DNA of 55,177 bases, the filler included, from Sphacelaria rigidula (lineage: Eukaryota): the NCBI GenBank assembly GCA_964200075.2. It is 3 parts of 3 records of this genome, joined end to end, with 100 filler letters (N's around TTAATTAATTAA, not from the genome) between each part and the next. Parts side by side here need not be neighbours in the genome. Positions count along the whole stretch, not along the records: positions 1 to 18,326 come from CAXNAA020000874.1; 2 more parts are not named here. One strand, written 5' to 3'. Under the pieces are notes generated by a model. The model did not search any database. It saw only the letters and a list, made by a program, of their open reading frames with translations, and was not told the origin of the DNA. Positions 1 through 12,508 of this stretch are shown piece by piece. Numbering within the stretch: the first letter of the stretch is position 1; every line of letters begins with the position of its first letter. The position numbers were made by a program, and so were the translations under genes.

Positions 1-355
1 CGTTAGGAGCCTCTGAACCAGACAAAATTTCGCGAAAAAAGTGCACCCCTACCGTAGCATTGCTCTGGCGGCGAAGTTGCAAGCCATGGTTCCAGATGTC
101 CAAGTGGTGAGACCAATGGCTGGTGAACAGTTGGTGAAATTGGCAAATGGCAATGTTGAGCGCGTGAAGCAGAAAACTTGCCCTGTCCGCACCGCTTTGC
201 ACACCAGCTGGGGTCCGGTTGTATTGGACCCATGCTACTATGCGGTCATGCCGGGTACCGATGATGTCATTATCATGGGGAGCCCTATGCTAGAGGAGCG
301 TAGCATCGACGTGTACAGTAGTTTAGGTGCCTGTGCGCGGGCGTGAAGCACTTCG

Positions 356-1627
356 GTGCGTGGTGTAGACACGCCTGAATTCAAGGATTGTCGACGTATC
401 AACATCGTGGTTGAGGCTCTGCAGCACCAAGGTGACCGGGAGGAGTCCGTGGATCTCTCAGTCGAGCGGCTGGTGTCGCCCCGTCCGGAGATGCGTATGA
501 CCCCCGAACAAGAGCTGGCTGAGCGTAAGGTCGCGCTGGAGGAGGCGGTACTAGCAGCTGCCAATAATGTTATGTCCGAGAGCGGCGTGGGCAAGCTTCG
601 CGAGCTTGTAAACCGCCGTGCGAATGCGTTTCGCCGAGCGCTACGTGGTGATCCGCCCTCTCGTGTCAAGCCTCTCAAGGTGACATTCAAACCTGGTGCT
701 ACGGCAGTTAAGGCTACGCCGCGTGCATACTCTCCAGTTCAGATGGCATGGTTGGCACGTTGCATGGCGACGTTGGTGGCGCTCGGGCTCGTGTATCGCA
801 GTTTGCAGGCAGTATGGGCGAGCGCGGCTGTTGCAATGCCTAAAAAGGGTGGTTTCAGACTGGTGAGTGATTCCCGTGCCGTTAATAAGCAGATTGAGAA
901 AGTGCCGACTGTGATGCCAAACCAAGAAGCGGAGATGGCGGATTTGCTAGGAGCTGCTTGTTTTGGAAAGCTAGACATGCTGCAGGGATACTGGCAGATG
1001 CTGTTGGCGGCAGATGCCCAAGAAATTTCCACTATTGCAAACCCTGACTGGTTATTCACGCCTACGCGCGTGCCTCAAGGAGTAGTCAACGCTACGGGGT
1101 ATCCTCAGGGCACTATGACGAAGCTATTGACTGGACTTCCATGTAAGGTGTGGGTAGATGACACCTTGTGGTGGGGGGCAAACGAAGATGACTTGCTGTG
1201 CACGCTGAATGCGATTTTAAGCCGCCTCGAGGATGCTGGTCTTTTTGCGGCTGCACACAAGTGTATGTTTGATGATACGCAAATTACGTGGTGCGGAAAG
1301 GTTCTCTCGGGTGGACAGGTGGCTCACGACAGGAAGCGGCTGAGCGGTTTGACGAATATGAGGTGTCCTCAAACCGCGGGCGAGTTGATGCAATTTTTGC
1401 AAGCGGTGAATTGGCTGCGGACGTCTCTTCCGCGCCTTGCTGAAGTGGTAGAGCCCCTTCGTCTTTTGCTCGAGGAGCATATGGTGGGCAACGTGCGTCG
1501 TACAAAGCGGGTTGCTTCAAACAGGACAATCAAGGAGGCGGCATGGACGTTTGAGCGTGCGCAAGCTTGGACAGCGGCGCAAGATTTGATGGCACATGCT
1601 GTTGCTCTGTCGACGGCTATGAGGTGA
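356..1627 (+). pseudogene. pol: Gypsy A pol, reverse transcriptase region
   Basis: Motifs FRLVSDSRAVN, GKLDMLQGYWQ, PTRVPQG, KVWVDD (YxDD equivalent) and ELMQFLQAVNW. Frameshifts before RNase H. Confidence 0.92.
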
Positions 1628-1629
1628 TG

Positions 1630-3670
1630 ATGTTTCCAGACGCGTCGGATCTTCATTGAGGTAGTTTCGTGACCCAGGTACCGAGAGCTGAATTGGACCG
1701 GGATATAGCGGCAGAGGAAATGAATCATGAGCCCCTGGGATTTCTTAGTGGGACGTTTCGAGGAGCGCAGTTGCGGTGGGCTACGGTGGACAAGGAAGGA
1801 TATGCCATCGTGAGTACGTTTCGTAGGTTGGAGTACCTTTTGTGGGGAGGAGTGACCACATTTACGGACCATCGCAATTTCGCTTATATTTTTGATCCCG
1901 AAGCATGCGTGACCACACTGGCGAAAACTGCCGCCCAGCGTCTTGAACAATGGAAGACTGTACTCAGGGAGTATAATTATTCAATCAGGCATATTTCTGG
2001 GGACCGTAACTGCTGGGGGGATCCACTGCCCCGGTGGGTGAACGCTCCAGCGGTATCCGTGAGAGCCATCGCTGTTTTTGCAAGTGGAGAGCCTGATGAG
2101 ACACTACCGTCGAAAGAGGCCGTTCGTGAAGCTCAAGAGCAATCCCGTGAGGGGTTAAGAGGTATGGTTGATGTGGCTGAGACGTTTGTTGCCGCTGTTG
2201 GGCGTGTCTTCAAAGACGGTGAGGGTTTGTTTCGCGTGCATGTTGCAGGAAGGGATGTATTGTGGATCCCACCGGAAGCGAGAGAACTACAAACACGCTT
2301 AATGGTATGTGCTCACATGAAAGGGGCTGGTCACCGAGGGGTTGTGGCAACTTTACAGCGCTTACAAGAGTATTGTTGTTGGTTCCGGATGGAGACTAAT
2401 GTGACTGAGTTTGTGAAGCAATGCCTGCACTGTTTGGATTCCAAGTCGGGGGAGAAGGACCCGCGTCCCTTCGGGGAGACGGTGCATGGTACACGCCCAG
2501 GGGAGGTCCTGCATTTTGATTTTCTCTACGTTGGCGAGAGTGGCCCCCTGGGAACTAGTGGCTTGGACGAAGGAGACGGATTCAAGTATATGTTAATCAT
2601 GATGGGCGATTTGTGCAACTTCGTGTGGTTGGAGCCCGCGGAGTCTTGTACAGCGGCCACGACGGTGAAGCATCTGTTGACATGGTGCAAAACGCTGGGG
2701 TCGCCAGAGGTATGGATCACCGATACGGCATCGCATTTCAAGAATCGTGTAATGAGAGCGCTTGAAAAAGCGCTGAAGCTGGATCGCCGATGCACGGTGG
2801 CTAACTCGCCATGGTCTAATGGTACCTGTGAGCGAATGATGCGTGAGATTGTTCGTACCTTGAAGGCAATATTGCAAGAGGAAAGGCGTGATGTTCGTGA
2901 ATGGGTGAGTTTGGTACCTGCAGTGCAGTGGGCATTGAACACTGCTTTCCGAGAGCGTTATGCTAGCACGCCATACCATGTTATGTTTGGCCGGGCACCG
3001 CGCACCAGTTTCTCTACTCTGGCATCGTCAACTGGGGGCGAATGGAGCGTCGATGTGCTTGACGAAGACGCTTTGAGGCGACAGGTGACGTCAATCGTTG
3101 AGGCTCAGCAAGAGTTGCACAAGAAGGTGGCGCAGCGTGTCGACAAGAATCGCGATCTACAGAGACGTGTGGCTAGTAAGGGGAAGCTTCCTAACTTTGT
3201 GGTGGGCGATTACGGGCTGGCGGCGAGGGTGAGGCGTTCGGGAACTACGCCGAAGCTTGTGAGTACGTGGACAGAGCCTTGGCGGATTGTGACGGCGGAA
3301 CAACAACATGTATACGGCGTACAGAACATTGTGAATGGCGAGGTACAGGATGTGCATGTCACCCGCCTTCGATTTTATGCGGACGAGGAGCTTAAGATTA
3401 CGGCTGATGTGAAGGAGGTGTTCCAGTATGCTTTTGCACAAGGCGAGTTCGACATGGCGGCTATTGTCGGTATATCTGAGGACGCAGCAGGAGATGGGTT
3501 TTATGTACTAGTGGAGTGGGTCGGATTTGGTGAAGATTAAAACTCGTGCGAGCCTCTGGAAAATATTTTGGACGGAGCCCCGCAATTTGTAAAATCTGAG
3601 CTGCGTAAGTTGGGACTAAGTAAAAAGGTGCGAGCACGTTTGCAGGCAAAATATGGTATGAAGCTTTTAA
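1630..3670 (+). pseudogene. pol: Gypsy A pol, RNase H + integrase + chromodomain
   Basis: RNase H: FPDAS, WATVDKEGYAI, FTDHRN. Zn finger: HMKGAGH...CLHC. DDE core: HFDFL / WITDTASHF / NGTCER. Chromodomain FYVLVEWVGFGED*NSCEPLENI is interrupted by TAA at 3538-3540. Confidence 0.92.
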
Positions 3671-3970
3671 AATATGATGATATCGAATGCTACTGGTTAC
3701 GATGGTACTATACTTGACACCTTTGCTTTGTGTGAGAATGCATACGTGGAAATTACCGTTGGAGAATGGTTGACTTCCCTAAGTTTGCTTGAGACACTGT
3801 CGTTGAGTGTCGATGTTCAAGGTTGTGCACGGTATTTTCTTTGTGGAACATGACAGTACAACAAGGTCGTGTGTCACTACCGGGGGGACAAAGGTAGCAT
3901 ACGTGATAGTCGGTGTCTATTGTTTTGTCAAACTCGCGTTCTACTTCGAGGAGTGCAGAGCTTTGGGGGA

Positions 3971-4257
3971 TGCTGTAGAGTAGTCCACCTCCAGTGCACG
4001 TACGTGCAGGTTCATGATGATCTACAAGTGGAACAATCTGCTGCAGGCGTTTTTCATCGTTTGACGGACTTGCGGGTCTGATCGGCAGATTATGTGGATT
4101 GAAACATCACATGCTTTACGCATGTGGTTACTTCCGATAACGAAGGCTGTGTGTTTATGAATAACAACTGTCTTGAACTCTCCAGGCCCTAGTGGAGGAG
4201 GAAGCCCTTGGAGCAATCTTGTGACCTTGTTCCGAGTCCAGGAGGGCTCTATAAACA
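3971..4257 (+). repeat. 3' LTR of Gypsy A (~287 bp)
   Basis: Starts TGCTGTAGAG right after the PPT and ends CTCTATAAACA (imperfect terminal inverted repeat). Resembles the LTR family at 12230-14949. Confidence 0.8.
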
Positions 4258-6094
4258 CCTACATACATTACTCTTTACTGACCGCTTAGCCGCCACGTGT
4301 CCATGTACGCGGTAACCGCCGCAGATTTCACTGCCGCCGGAACGGCTGACATACTGGTCCATGATTGCATTAAGCACTACGGTTGCCCAAAGCTACTACT
4401 TTCAGACCTCTCTGATGAGCTTCACAAGCTCCTGGGCATACGCAAAATTGCCACGAGCGCCTACCACCCAAACGGTAACGGTGGTACCGAAAGAGTTAAT
4501 CACACTATGGCCCAGATGCTCTCTATGGTTGTCAATGACCGCCAAAATGACTGGGACCTACATCTCTCGCACATCATGTTGTCTTACAACAACTCGGTTA
4601 ATGCCGCCACAGGCCTTCCTCCGAACGAACTCCATCTTGGACGTTACTCTCGGCTGCATATCACCGTCTTAGAGCGACACACGTTCGACGGCCACCAAAG
4701 ATTAGATCAGGACCAGCTATCCTACAACGAGCTAGCGCACGCGCGACAACGCAAAGCGGTTACCCTCGTGCGCGAACAACAGGCTATCAATGCCTCGCGC
4801 CTAGAGGGGTCGAACACTGCTCTCTACAAGCTCATGCACGAAGGCCCTAACTGGCAAGTTGGTGATTGAGTTTGGATCTGCAACAGCTTGTCGACCGTAC
4901 GCCAAGGCACCAGCAAGGCATCGAACGAAATAATTTTGAAGACAAAATTGTCCCTCAATTTGACAAGACCATTCAAGATCCTGACAGTCAGACCATCGTC
5001 ATCATCACCGGATGAAAAATCCGTTGGTGACAAACTACTCTATCTCGACTTGCCTCGCGACCTCCAGGGCAAGGACACCAAGCCCCGCGTCTCCGTGCAC
5101 AGATGCAAACCCTGCACGAACCCGCATGATACAAGCGACATGCCCAAGTACCTGCCTGCCGGACTCACACAGTTTGTTCTCAACAGCTACTCGACCAAGT
5201 CCCCGCCCTACCACGTTACAACCGACGATGTGACGGAACAGCCCCTTCGGTTGACTGTGTTCTCCATTTCCGGCCACCAGATAACCCGTGGTCGAGGAGG
5301 CAAGATCGCTGTCATGTATAAGACACACTGGCAGGGTCTTCGGAGAGCGACTTAAGAACGAATCCGACCTGCAATTGCACCTTGTGCAATCCTCCTTTAC
5401 TGGACGCAATCCCAACATCAACATCTTGCTCACAACAAGAAATATCGCAACATGCGCCGTGGCGCAGCAGCCCGCGAACTTCACCGCAACCAGGGACTAC
5501 GCTTTGTCGCCGATGGTTACGAACTTGTACCCTCCAATACTTGTAAGACGAAGTTCTTCGCGAACCAGCGACTCCTGCCCAAGGGCAGCTACCTTTGGTT
5601 CAAAGGCAGCAACAACCTCTGGTGGTTGGGTCAGACCCACTCCGCTAACCTGGTTTCGGCCGACACATACATCGTGCGCTTCATCGATGACCCTGGACCC
5701 ATACAGCTCAAGCTTCGGCCAGCGCTTTACACCACCAGCCCATCTGCACCACGCGGGTCCTAGTGTCTTCAGCGCCTCAAGTCCAAAGGACTTCGCCGCG
5801 GTCTCCAGCGCAACATCGATCACACCCACGACGTCCACGCCCTGCTTTGAACCACGCTTTTGTCGTGACTGGTGCCAAACCCCTATTTTTTTTCCGTAAG
5901 CATTGTCTGCCCTCCCTTCTTCACCAGGATCCTCTCCTTCGACACCACAACAGCGCGACCTACATCGGACGACGATAAAGAACTACTGACACGACCGCTA
6001 CCTACGACTACTGGAGCCATTGTATCCACATTCATCTGGCGCTCGATCTCATTGGATAACCGATTTTCAGCTTTTCGATCTTGCAGCTTTTAGC

Positions 6095-6223
6095 ACCTTT
6101 GGATTCCCCCCAGTTTGAAGCTCTGCTCCCTGCTGTACCTTTGGATTTCCCTCAGGTTGAAGCTCTGCTCCCTGTTGTACCTTTGGCTTCCCCCAGGTCA
6201 GAGCTCTGCTCCCTGTTGTACCT
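6095..6223 (+). repeat. Tandem repeat, ~42-bp unit x3, in the Gypsy B 3' UTR
   Basis: ACCTTTGG...AGCTCTGCTCCCTGYTGT starts at 6095, 6137 and 6179. A further ~38-bp duplicated unit (TCGCTAGSACGCCGAAGC...TTTGTGCTTC) follows at ~6245-6312. Confidence 0.9.
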
Positions 6224-6392
6224 CCGTGTGTTCCCCCTTAACTTTCGCTAGGACGCCGAAGCGATTTGTGCTTCTTCGTTGATCGCTAGCACGCCGAAGC
6301 AGTTTGTGCTTCCGCGTTTCGGAGCAGTTTTTTTCTGCTCCTCGAAGTAGTCTATGCTTCCCTTATTTTGGGGTGTGGGAGTGGGTCGGGAT

Positions 6393-7031
6393 TGTTGGTA
6401 CGGGAGTATTGTGTACGGGAGTGTTCCTTCAGGTATGCTTTATTAGCCGCTCATGACGTGACGAGTAAAGAAAAACCTTATTTTTCGCTGCTTTAAGGAT
6501 AAATCCTCGCAGCTGTGATAAAGGTTCGTCTGGGTGGGTTAGTGTCATGAAGATGCATACTAGCCTGTTGTCATGCCGCTTCAGACCCTTTGTCGAAGTC
6601 TGGCTTTCGGTAATATTGGAAATCCCGGTAGACAAGATTTCAGGTCTGTTCAGAGTTGGTCGGGTACGGATATGAGCTTGTATATTGGAAAAATATGGCG
6701 AGATACATCAGCTGGAACCGATATAGCTCGCCCACCCTCCACACTATCAACTGCTCCTCTATTGCCGTCCAGCAAAAGAAGTCTAACTATCGGTGAGACG
6801 CATTGGGTGGGTTTGGATTGATTGAGTGGATACTGGAGATAGAATCCAGATAATCAAGAGAGAAGTGAAGGACGTATTCGCGTGAAACCTCGTCTGGTAT
6901 TTGGATACTGAGCAGGTCACACAGTATCTACAAGTTGTAGCAGCCTGACGGTTGTACACTTGCCTGCCAAGCTTGTGCCTTGGGTTGCAAGCTGTGACCT
7001 TGCATTATACTGCCGCTTGCTCTTCATTACA
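6393..7031 (+). repeat. Probable 3' LTR of Gypsy B (~640 bp)
   Basis: TG start after the purine tract. CA end (…CATTACA) abuts the Copia protease codons DSAATCHMT. The right boundary is inferred. Confidence 0.55.
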
Positions 7032-10000
7032 GACAGTGCTGCAACATGTCATATGACCCCTTCGCGTGACTGCATGTATGACTATGAGCCTTGCTCTGAT
7101 CGTTCGGTAATGGTGGCTAACACTCAAAAGGCGCCGATTTTGGGCTTTGGAAAAATCTTGTTGTCGACAGGTAGGGGCGAAGACAAGTTAACATTCAGTA
7201 TCAAGGGCGTGGTACATGTGCCTGATTTGGGCGTAAACCTTTTCTCCCTGCAGAGTGTAGTGGTTGAGCATGGTTTGCCGGTTAGTCTTACGAGAGAGGG
7301 CACTCAAATCACGTCGCCCGGTGGGAAGAAACTGCTTTCCGAGAAGGACGGCAGGAACGATGTCGTGACTGCAACCCGCCGTAGCCTGCCATCCAATTGT
7401 TCGTCGAAAACCCCGATGGATCCGCGCGAGCTGTCCTCGCTCCGGGCAAGATGCCTGTTGATCGTAATCAAGTGGACATAAACTTGTTTCACCAGTCATA
7501 CGGGCACCTGGACGAGGGTTTGTGTGTTACGAGAAACGGCGAAACAGCTGGGGGTAACACTGGTGGGCAAGTTGCGCGAATGCAAAGGCTGCTCAAAGGC
7601 GAAGGGGTTGCGGAAACCCATCCCTACGTCCACCACTACGCGTGCAGCTAAACCTTTTGAGCCAGGTAGAGACCGTGAGATCTGACGGTGGTGGAGAATT
7701 TTAAGGTTGTTTCAGTGATCTGAGTCGTGAGCGTGGCATAAGGCAAGAGTACACCCCAGCAGACAGTCCCGAGAACAATGGTGTTGCCGAACGGGCAATC
7801 GCGATGATTGAGAGAGCCGCTATGGCAGCTAGGATTCAGGCAAAGGTCCTGTATGGCGTGGATGTTCCGGCAAGGATGTGGGCTGAGTCGTATCGTTGCG
7901 CAGCAGATGCGTTGAACCGTTCTGCTACCACTGCTAACCCTGGGAAGAAGTCCCCATGTGAGGTGTTTTACTATGAAGTGCCTGAAGTCAAGCTTCTCCT
8001 TTTCTTCAAGCCAAGTTGCTGTAGGTATGAGAGGAAGTCGAAGTGTATACCGAAAGCACAGGAGTGTTTTTACTCAGGGCCTGGCTACAACTACCCCGTA
8101 ATACCATGATAATGCAGACGAAAGGCAGATATGTAATCACTACTCGCGATGTTACTTGGCAGCACTCACACCCCCGGAATCGCAGCAAGAGGTTCCGTTT
8201 TCTATGTCGGGAAAGGAAAAGTCACAGGATGTGGAGAGCGGGGAGGGCGATGTCGAGAGCTCTGATTCTGACTCTGACGAGTCGGATCTCGGTACCGGTG
8301 GGGGGGGTTCCGGATGGTGCTTTGTTGGTGGAACCTGATGGGATGGTGCAACCTGAGGAGGTGCGAGGCGACAACAATGGCGAAGAGTCTGACCAGCAGC
8401 CGTCTGCTTCGTCTTCATCCGTCTATCGGCGGCGGGGGGATGCTGCGAATCAACCTGACTCGGTTGAGCCGACACTTGGCCGGACAAGGCAACAGACACG
8501 TGCCTTGCTGCAGCAGCGTCAGAAGCAGCGACTTCAACAGTAAGTTCCAGACCTGCGGGAGCATGAGGGTGATCATAATGCGTTGTGGACAGCCACGGGG
8601 GATTTGTGGGCTACGGAACAAATCCTAGCTCAGCTGGCAAGCACGTAGGGCCCAAGACACTCAGGGGAGTCTAGGTTGGAGTTTATCCTATACGTGACTC
8701 TTGAAGAGATTGAGTCAGCCCCCAAGTCTGTGAAGGATGTGTACAGTTCGACATACAAGAGTGTGTGGTTGGACGCGATGAAGAAGGAAGTAGAGGATCT
8801 ATAAAGCAATAACACGTGGATCGTATTTGACTCACCCCCGTTTGGAGGGAAAGCAGTCGATTCGAAGTGGTTTTTTCAGTGGAAAACCAATGAACATGGT
8901 TACGTGATGAAGGCTAAGGCTCGACTGGTTTTTAGGGGTGATCGGCAAGAAATTGGCGGTATTCCGACGATTTCACCAACCCCACCCACTACGACTAACC
9001 GAGTAGATGCAGCAGTAGCTTGCGCAGAGGGAAAGACGATTTTTCATTTTGACGTTGAGCAAGCTTTCGTTCAGTCGAAACTAGAGGATGACGTGTACAT
9101 GAGGCTACCGCCAGGTTTGGGTGAACGATCTGGCACTGTCGTGCATTTGCACAAGACTCTTTATGGCTTGAAGCAAGCTGCTAGAGAGTGGTACGGAAAA
9201 CTGGGGAAAACTCTGAAAGGTCTGGGTTTCGAACAGAGTTTGATAGATCCGTGTGCGTTCAGGCTGATATGGACGGCGAGGAGGTCGAAGTTCTGATTGT
9301 GGTTCACGTCGATGACATGTTCGTTGTGGGTGCTGAGTCTATGTGCAAGAAATTGGAAGAGGATCTGAAAGGACATCTCCCAACGAAGAACCTTCGTGAG
9401 TCGGTCTGGTACGCAGGATGCGAGTATAAACACGATCTCGAGACAGGGACCCTCACATTGTCTCAGACTGCATATACTCAGCGGATTCTTGAAAGATTTT
9501 CGATCAAAAGAACCGCTGCAACCCCTGCGTTTGTTTCTTCTGACTTCAAGGTGGATGAGGGAGAGGACTTCGAGGGGGGGTACCGTGAGGCGGTGGGATC
9601 TTTGATGTGGCTCTCCATCAACACCCGCCCGGACATCGCTGACACTGTGAGAGCTGATCCCGCCACAACGAAACGCCGACGCCTGAGGACTGGCGCAAAG
9701 TGTTGCGGATTTTTTAGTACCTCAAGACAACAGTAGACTTGGGAACCACGTATGCTAGGTGTTCGAGTGACGAGTTGGTGGCGTATGCGGATGCAGACTA
9801 TGCGAAATTCGATGATCGGCATTCAGTTGTCGGGAGGGGCGATATTTTTCTGCGGAGCTGTTGTAGGATTCTTCTCTCGCACTCAAAAGACTGTAACTCT
9901 CTCTTCTACTCAGGCTGAATACGTAGCAATGGGCGACGTCGTGAAGGATGCTCTGTTCGTGAAGGCGGTGCTGAAATTCATGCAACCGCAAAGGAAGGAA

Positions 10001-11109
10001 TTTCGTATGCCACTGACGGTGTATGAGGATAACAAGGGGGCGATTCAACTCAGGAAAAATCCGCGAAGTTCCCACAACAGCAAGCACATTGATGTGCGTC
10101 GTCATATTCTGAGGAAATTGGTATCTGAACAAATCATTCGAGTGGAGCATGTCAAGTCTTCTAAGCAGCACGCAGACGTTTTGACGAAACCTTTGCCTGT
10201 TGGTAGCTTCAGGTACCACAGGACTGTTCTGATGAACATCAAGTGACTTTGACAATCTTGAAACATGAAGTGAGACCGGTTTATAGTCTTGGACCTTGTA
10301 ATTTCTGCGTCAAGCCATGAACGTTTGGAGTGAGTTGTGGCCGCGAGGTTGTAGCTGAGTGTGTCTCATTAGGAGCAAAGCGTATTCTCACGAGACTCGT
10401 GTCATACCCAAGGCCAACCTATATTTTGGTCATGGCTTGGGTGTGGTTTGTGTTTCTTCGGGAACAGGAAACGATTTTTGGTCGAAGTGGTCTGAAAATT
10501 TTTCCTGTGTGTCGATTCGAACTTTCGACATGCGTTTTGATTCACCAGTGTGCAAAATCAGGGAGGGTGTTATTCGTGTAATTTCACTAATGGTAAATGT
10601 AAGATCCAGGACACTATAACGAGACTTTCGGAGGAAAATGTGACGGATTCACCATTGGGAAACGGTACTGGTGGTTTCCAGGAATTGTACTGTAGAACGA
10701 CGGTTAGGGTCCATTCCCGGAATGCTCTTGAAAGTGTTGGAATGTTCTTGAAAGTTTTCATCTCCCTTTATTCTCGAATGATCCGGAAACGACGGAGAGT
10801 TATCTTGTGGTGCACGGTATGTTTCTGCGGGATGAAACGGGAGACATTTGCCGTAGCTCGAGAAGGATTTTCGATGGAAATGCGGAGGCGCATCTCTCCC
10901 CCCACCGTGTTCAGAGAGTGTTTATTTGTGAGTGTGTTTTTTTCTACCCATGAGCGGTCTGATTTGAATGAGATAATAAAAGACAACTATAAACTCTTGC
11001 CTCTTTTACTTCATTTTCGACAGCGAACGCTGTGCGAGATTCCTTCTACGTTTTTGGTTGAGCAGTGGGTTTTCGATCCATATAACTCTGGACTCTACCG
11101 AACATAACA
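7032..11109 (+). mobile_element. Ty1/Copia LTR retrotransposon, 3' part (protease, integrase with internal deletion, RT, RNase H, PPT, 3' LTR); decayed
   Basis: Protease DSAATCHMT. Pre-integrase FHQSYGHL..CKGC. Integrase VRSDGGGEF and PENNGVAER. RT KAKARLV, DVEQAFVQS, LYGLKQAAREW, VHVDDM, YREAVGSLMW. RNase H LSSTQAEY, YEDNKGAI, SKHIDVR, ADVLTKPL. Order PR-IN-RT-RH, many frameshifts. Confidence 0.93.
10568..11109 (+). repeat. 3' LTR of the Copia element (542 bp)
   Basis: PPT AGGGAGGG (10560-10567) then TGTTAT...ATAACA, a perfect 6-bp terminal inverted repeat. Confidence 0.8.
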
Positions 11110-11375
11110 TGACACCGGTAATCCTAGCAAATGGAGGAAGGCGCAATTCTGTCTTAGGACCGGGGACGATTCCTGGGTTGATCCGTGACACCCCCCTAGC
11201 TTTTAAGCGACCCTCACAGATCGATGTACCAGCACGACGCAGAACGAAAGTGGAAAAAAACTCTGGATGGATCAAGAGCCGCATAGAGGGATAAAAACCA
11301 TACGTCGGACGAGCACGAGTTGACTCGTGGCACTCGCGCTCATTGGGGTCCTCGTTGGCCGTTTTTGGAGGTGCT

Positions 11376-11637
11376 CGAGCGCTTGAGTCATTGCTCGTTG
11401 TGGGAAAATTAATGGTGCGAGCACTCGAGCAATTGCTCGTCTTGGAAAATTCAATGGGACGATCATTCGAGTCATTGCTCGTTGCGGAAAAACTAAAAGG
11501 GCGAGTACTCGAGTCATTGCTAGTTGTGGAAACAAAGGTCTAAGTTAATAGGGCGAGCACTCGAGCCATTGCTCGTTGTGGAAAAACTAGTAGGGCGCGT
11601 ACTCGAGCCATGCTTGTTGTGCTGTCAAAAAACGTCA
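11376..11637. repeat. Tandem array, 42-bp palindromic-core unit x6
   Basis: Units start at 11376, 11418, 11460, 11502, 11554 and 11596. Core CGAGCACTCGAGTCATTGCTCGTTGTGGAAAA plus a ~10-nt variable tail. Confidence 0.9.
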
Positions 11638-11755
11638 ACGAGTGCACTCGTTTCGAGAAGTAGTGACCCGTCCGACGTGTGAAAAGATCACCACCCATAA
11701 AAAACGCTGAGCGTGTGCCCTGACCAAGAGCGGACAGGATAACACCCCACCCTTC

Positions 11756-11894
11756 GGGAAACCCGGTGGCGGAACGAAAGCCCCAAATCCAACAAAAGCG
11801 TTCAGCTTGGGAAAACCCGGCGACGGGACGAAAACCCCAAACGCAATAAACACATGAAACTTGGGGGAACCCGGCGACGGGATGAAAAACCCAA
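11756..11894. repeat. Tandem array, ~54-bp unit x3
   Basis: GGGAAACCCGGCGACGGGACGAAAACCCCAA-like core at 11756, 11809 and 11863, with a further partial copy at ~12094-12113. Confidence 0.85.
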
Positions 11895-12229
11895 CTTTTA
11901 CGCGCCCCTTCGGTGAAACTATCCAGGGCACGACACACGGTTTCGAATGATCCGCGACACCCTGCCTAGCCTAGCCATTAAAGCGATCCTCGCAGATCCA
12001 TAGACTAGTCTGATATGAAAACATATGCAAAAAAATGGTCTCGAGGTGATTCGAAACTCGCGTCGTGGGGTAATATCATCACCGCAAGACGGAGGGCGAC
12101 GGGACGAAACCCCCTGACTGAACGTGCCCTTTGTACCCAAGGCAGAAAAACTGATGCCATCATAAGGTCAGATTAACCACCATGAGCCCCCTTGGCCTCT
12201 GGTGACATAAATGACACATCCGTTCTGCG

Positions 12230-12508
12230 TGATTTGAACCTACCTGAAATCAGAACAAGGTTACAGTGCTGCTCCAGAGGCTTCCTCCCTGTCCAGGGCT
12301 CCAGAGACTTCAAGACTTCAAGTAGTCATAGAAACAGCAGTCTTCGTGAACCAGAAGTGATCGGTCTGCCTTGTTCTGTATACAACATACATTACGGAGT
12401 CCACCGATCATACTCTCAGACCCCTTATCCATCAACCAGAATAGAAACGCCTGCTACGCATTTCTCCACTGCAGTAATAGGTAACAATGTTGCCCGGAGT
12501 CTACAGCA
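12230..12508 (-). repeat. LTR (family L, ~279 bp), 3' LTR of a minus-strand Gypsy relic
   Basis: Near-identical reverse complement of 14312-14587. Flanked at 12509-12520 by the reverse complement of the PPT GAGCTTTGGGGG also seen in Gypsy A. Confidence 0.88.

Larger units (their letters stand above)
1..4257 (+). mobile_element. Ty3/Gypsy chromodomain LTR retrotransposon A, 3' part (protease end, RT, RNase H, integrase, chromodomain, PPT, 3' LTR); decayed
   Basis: Domain order RT-RH-IN-CHD. Purine tract GAGCTTTGGGGGA (3958-3970) is followed directly by a TG...CA LTR. Stops at 344-346 and 3538-3540 and a frameshift near 1620. The 5' part lies outside the window. Confidence 0.93.
4258..7031 (+). 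mobile_element. Ty3/Gypsy retrotransposon B, 3' part (integrase core, chromo-like domain, Tudor/SH3-like extension, 3' UTR repeats, PPT, LTR); decayed
   Basis: Integrase motifs YILLFTDR, LLSD, SAYHPNGNGGTERVN, YNNSVNAATG. Chromo-like ISGHQITRGRGGKIAVMYKTHWQG. Multiple stops and frameshifts. G-rich tract 6370-6391 precedes TG at 6393. Confidence 0.85.

Noticed and set aside
11376..11894. CRISPR array
   Set aside because: Repeats are degenerate, the variable parts are short (~10 or ~22 nt) and similar to each other, there are no cas genes, and the context is a eukaryotic TE nest.
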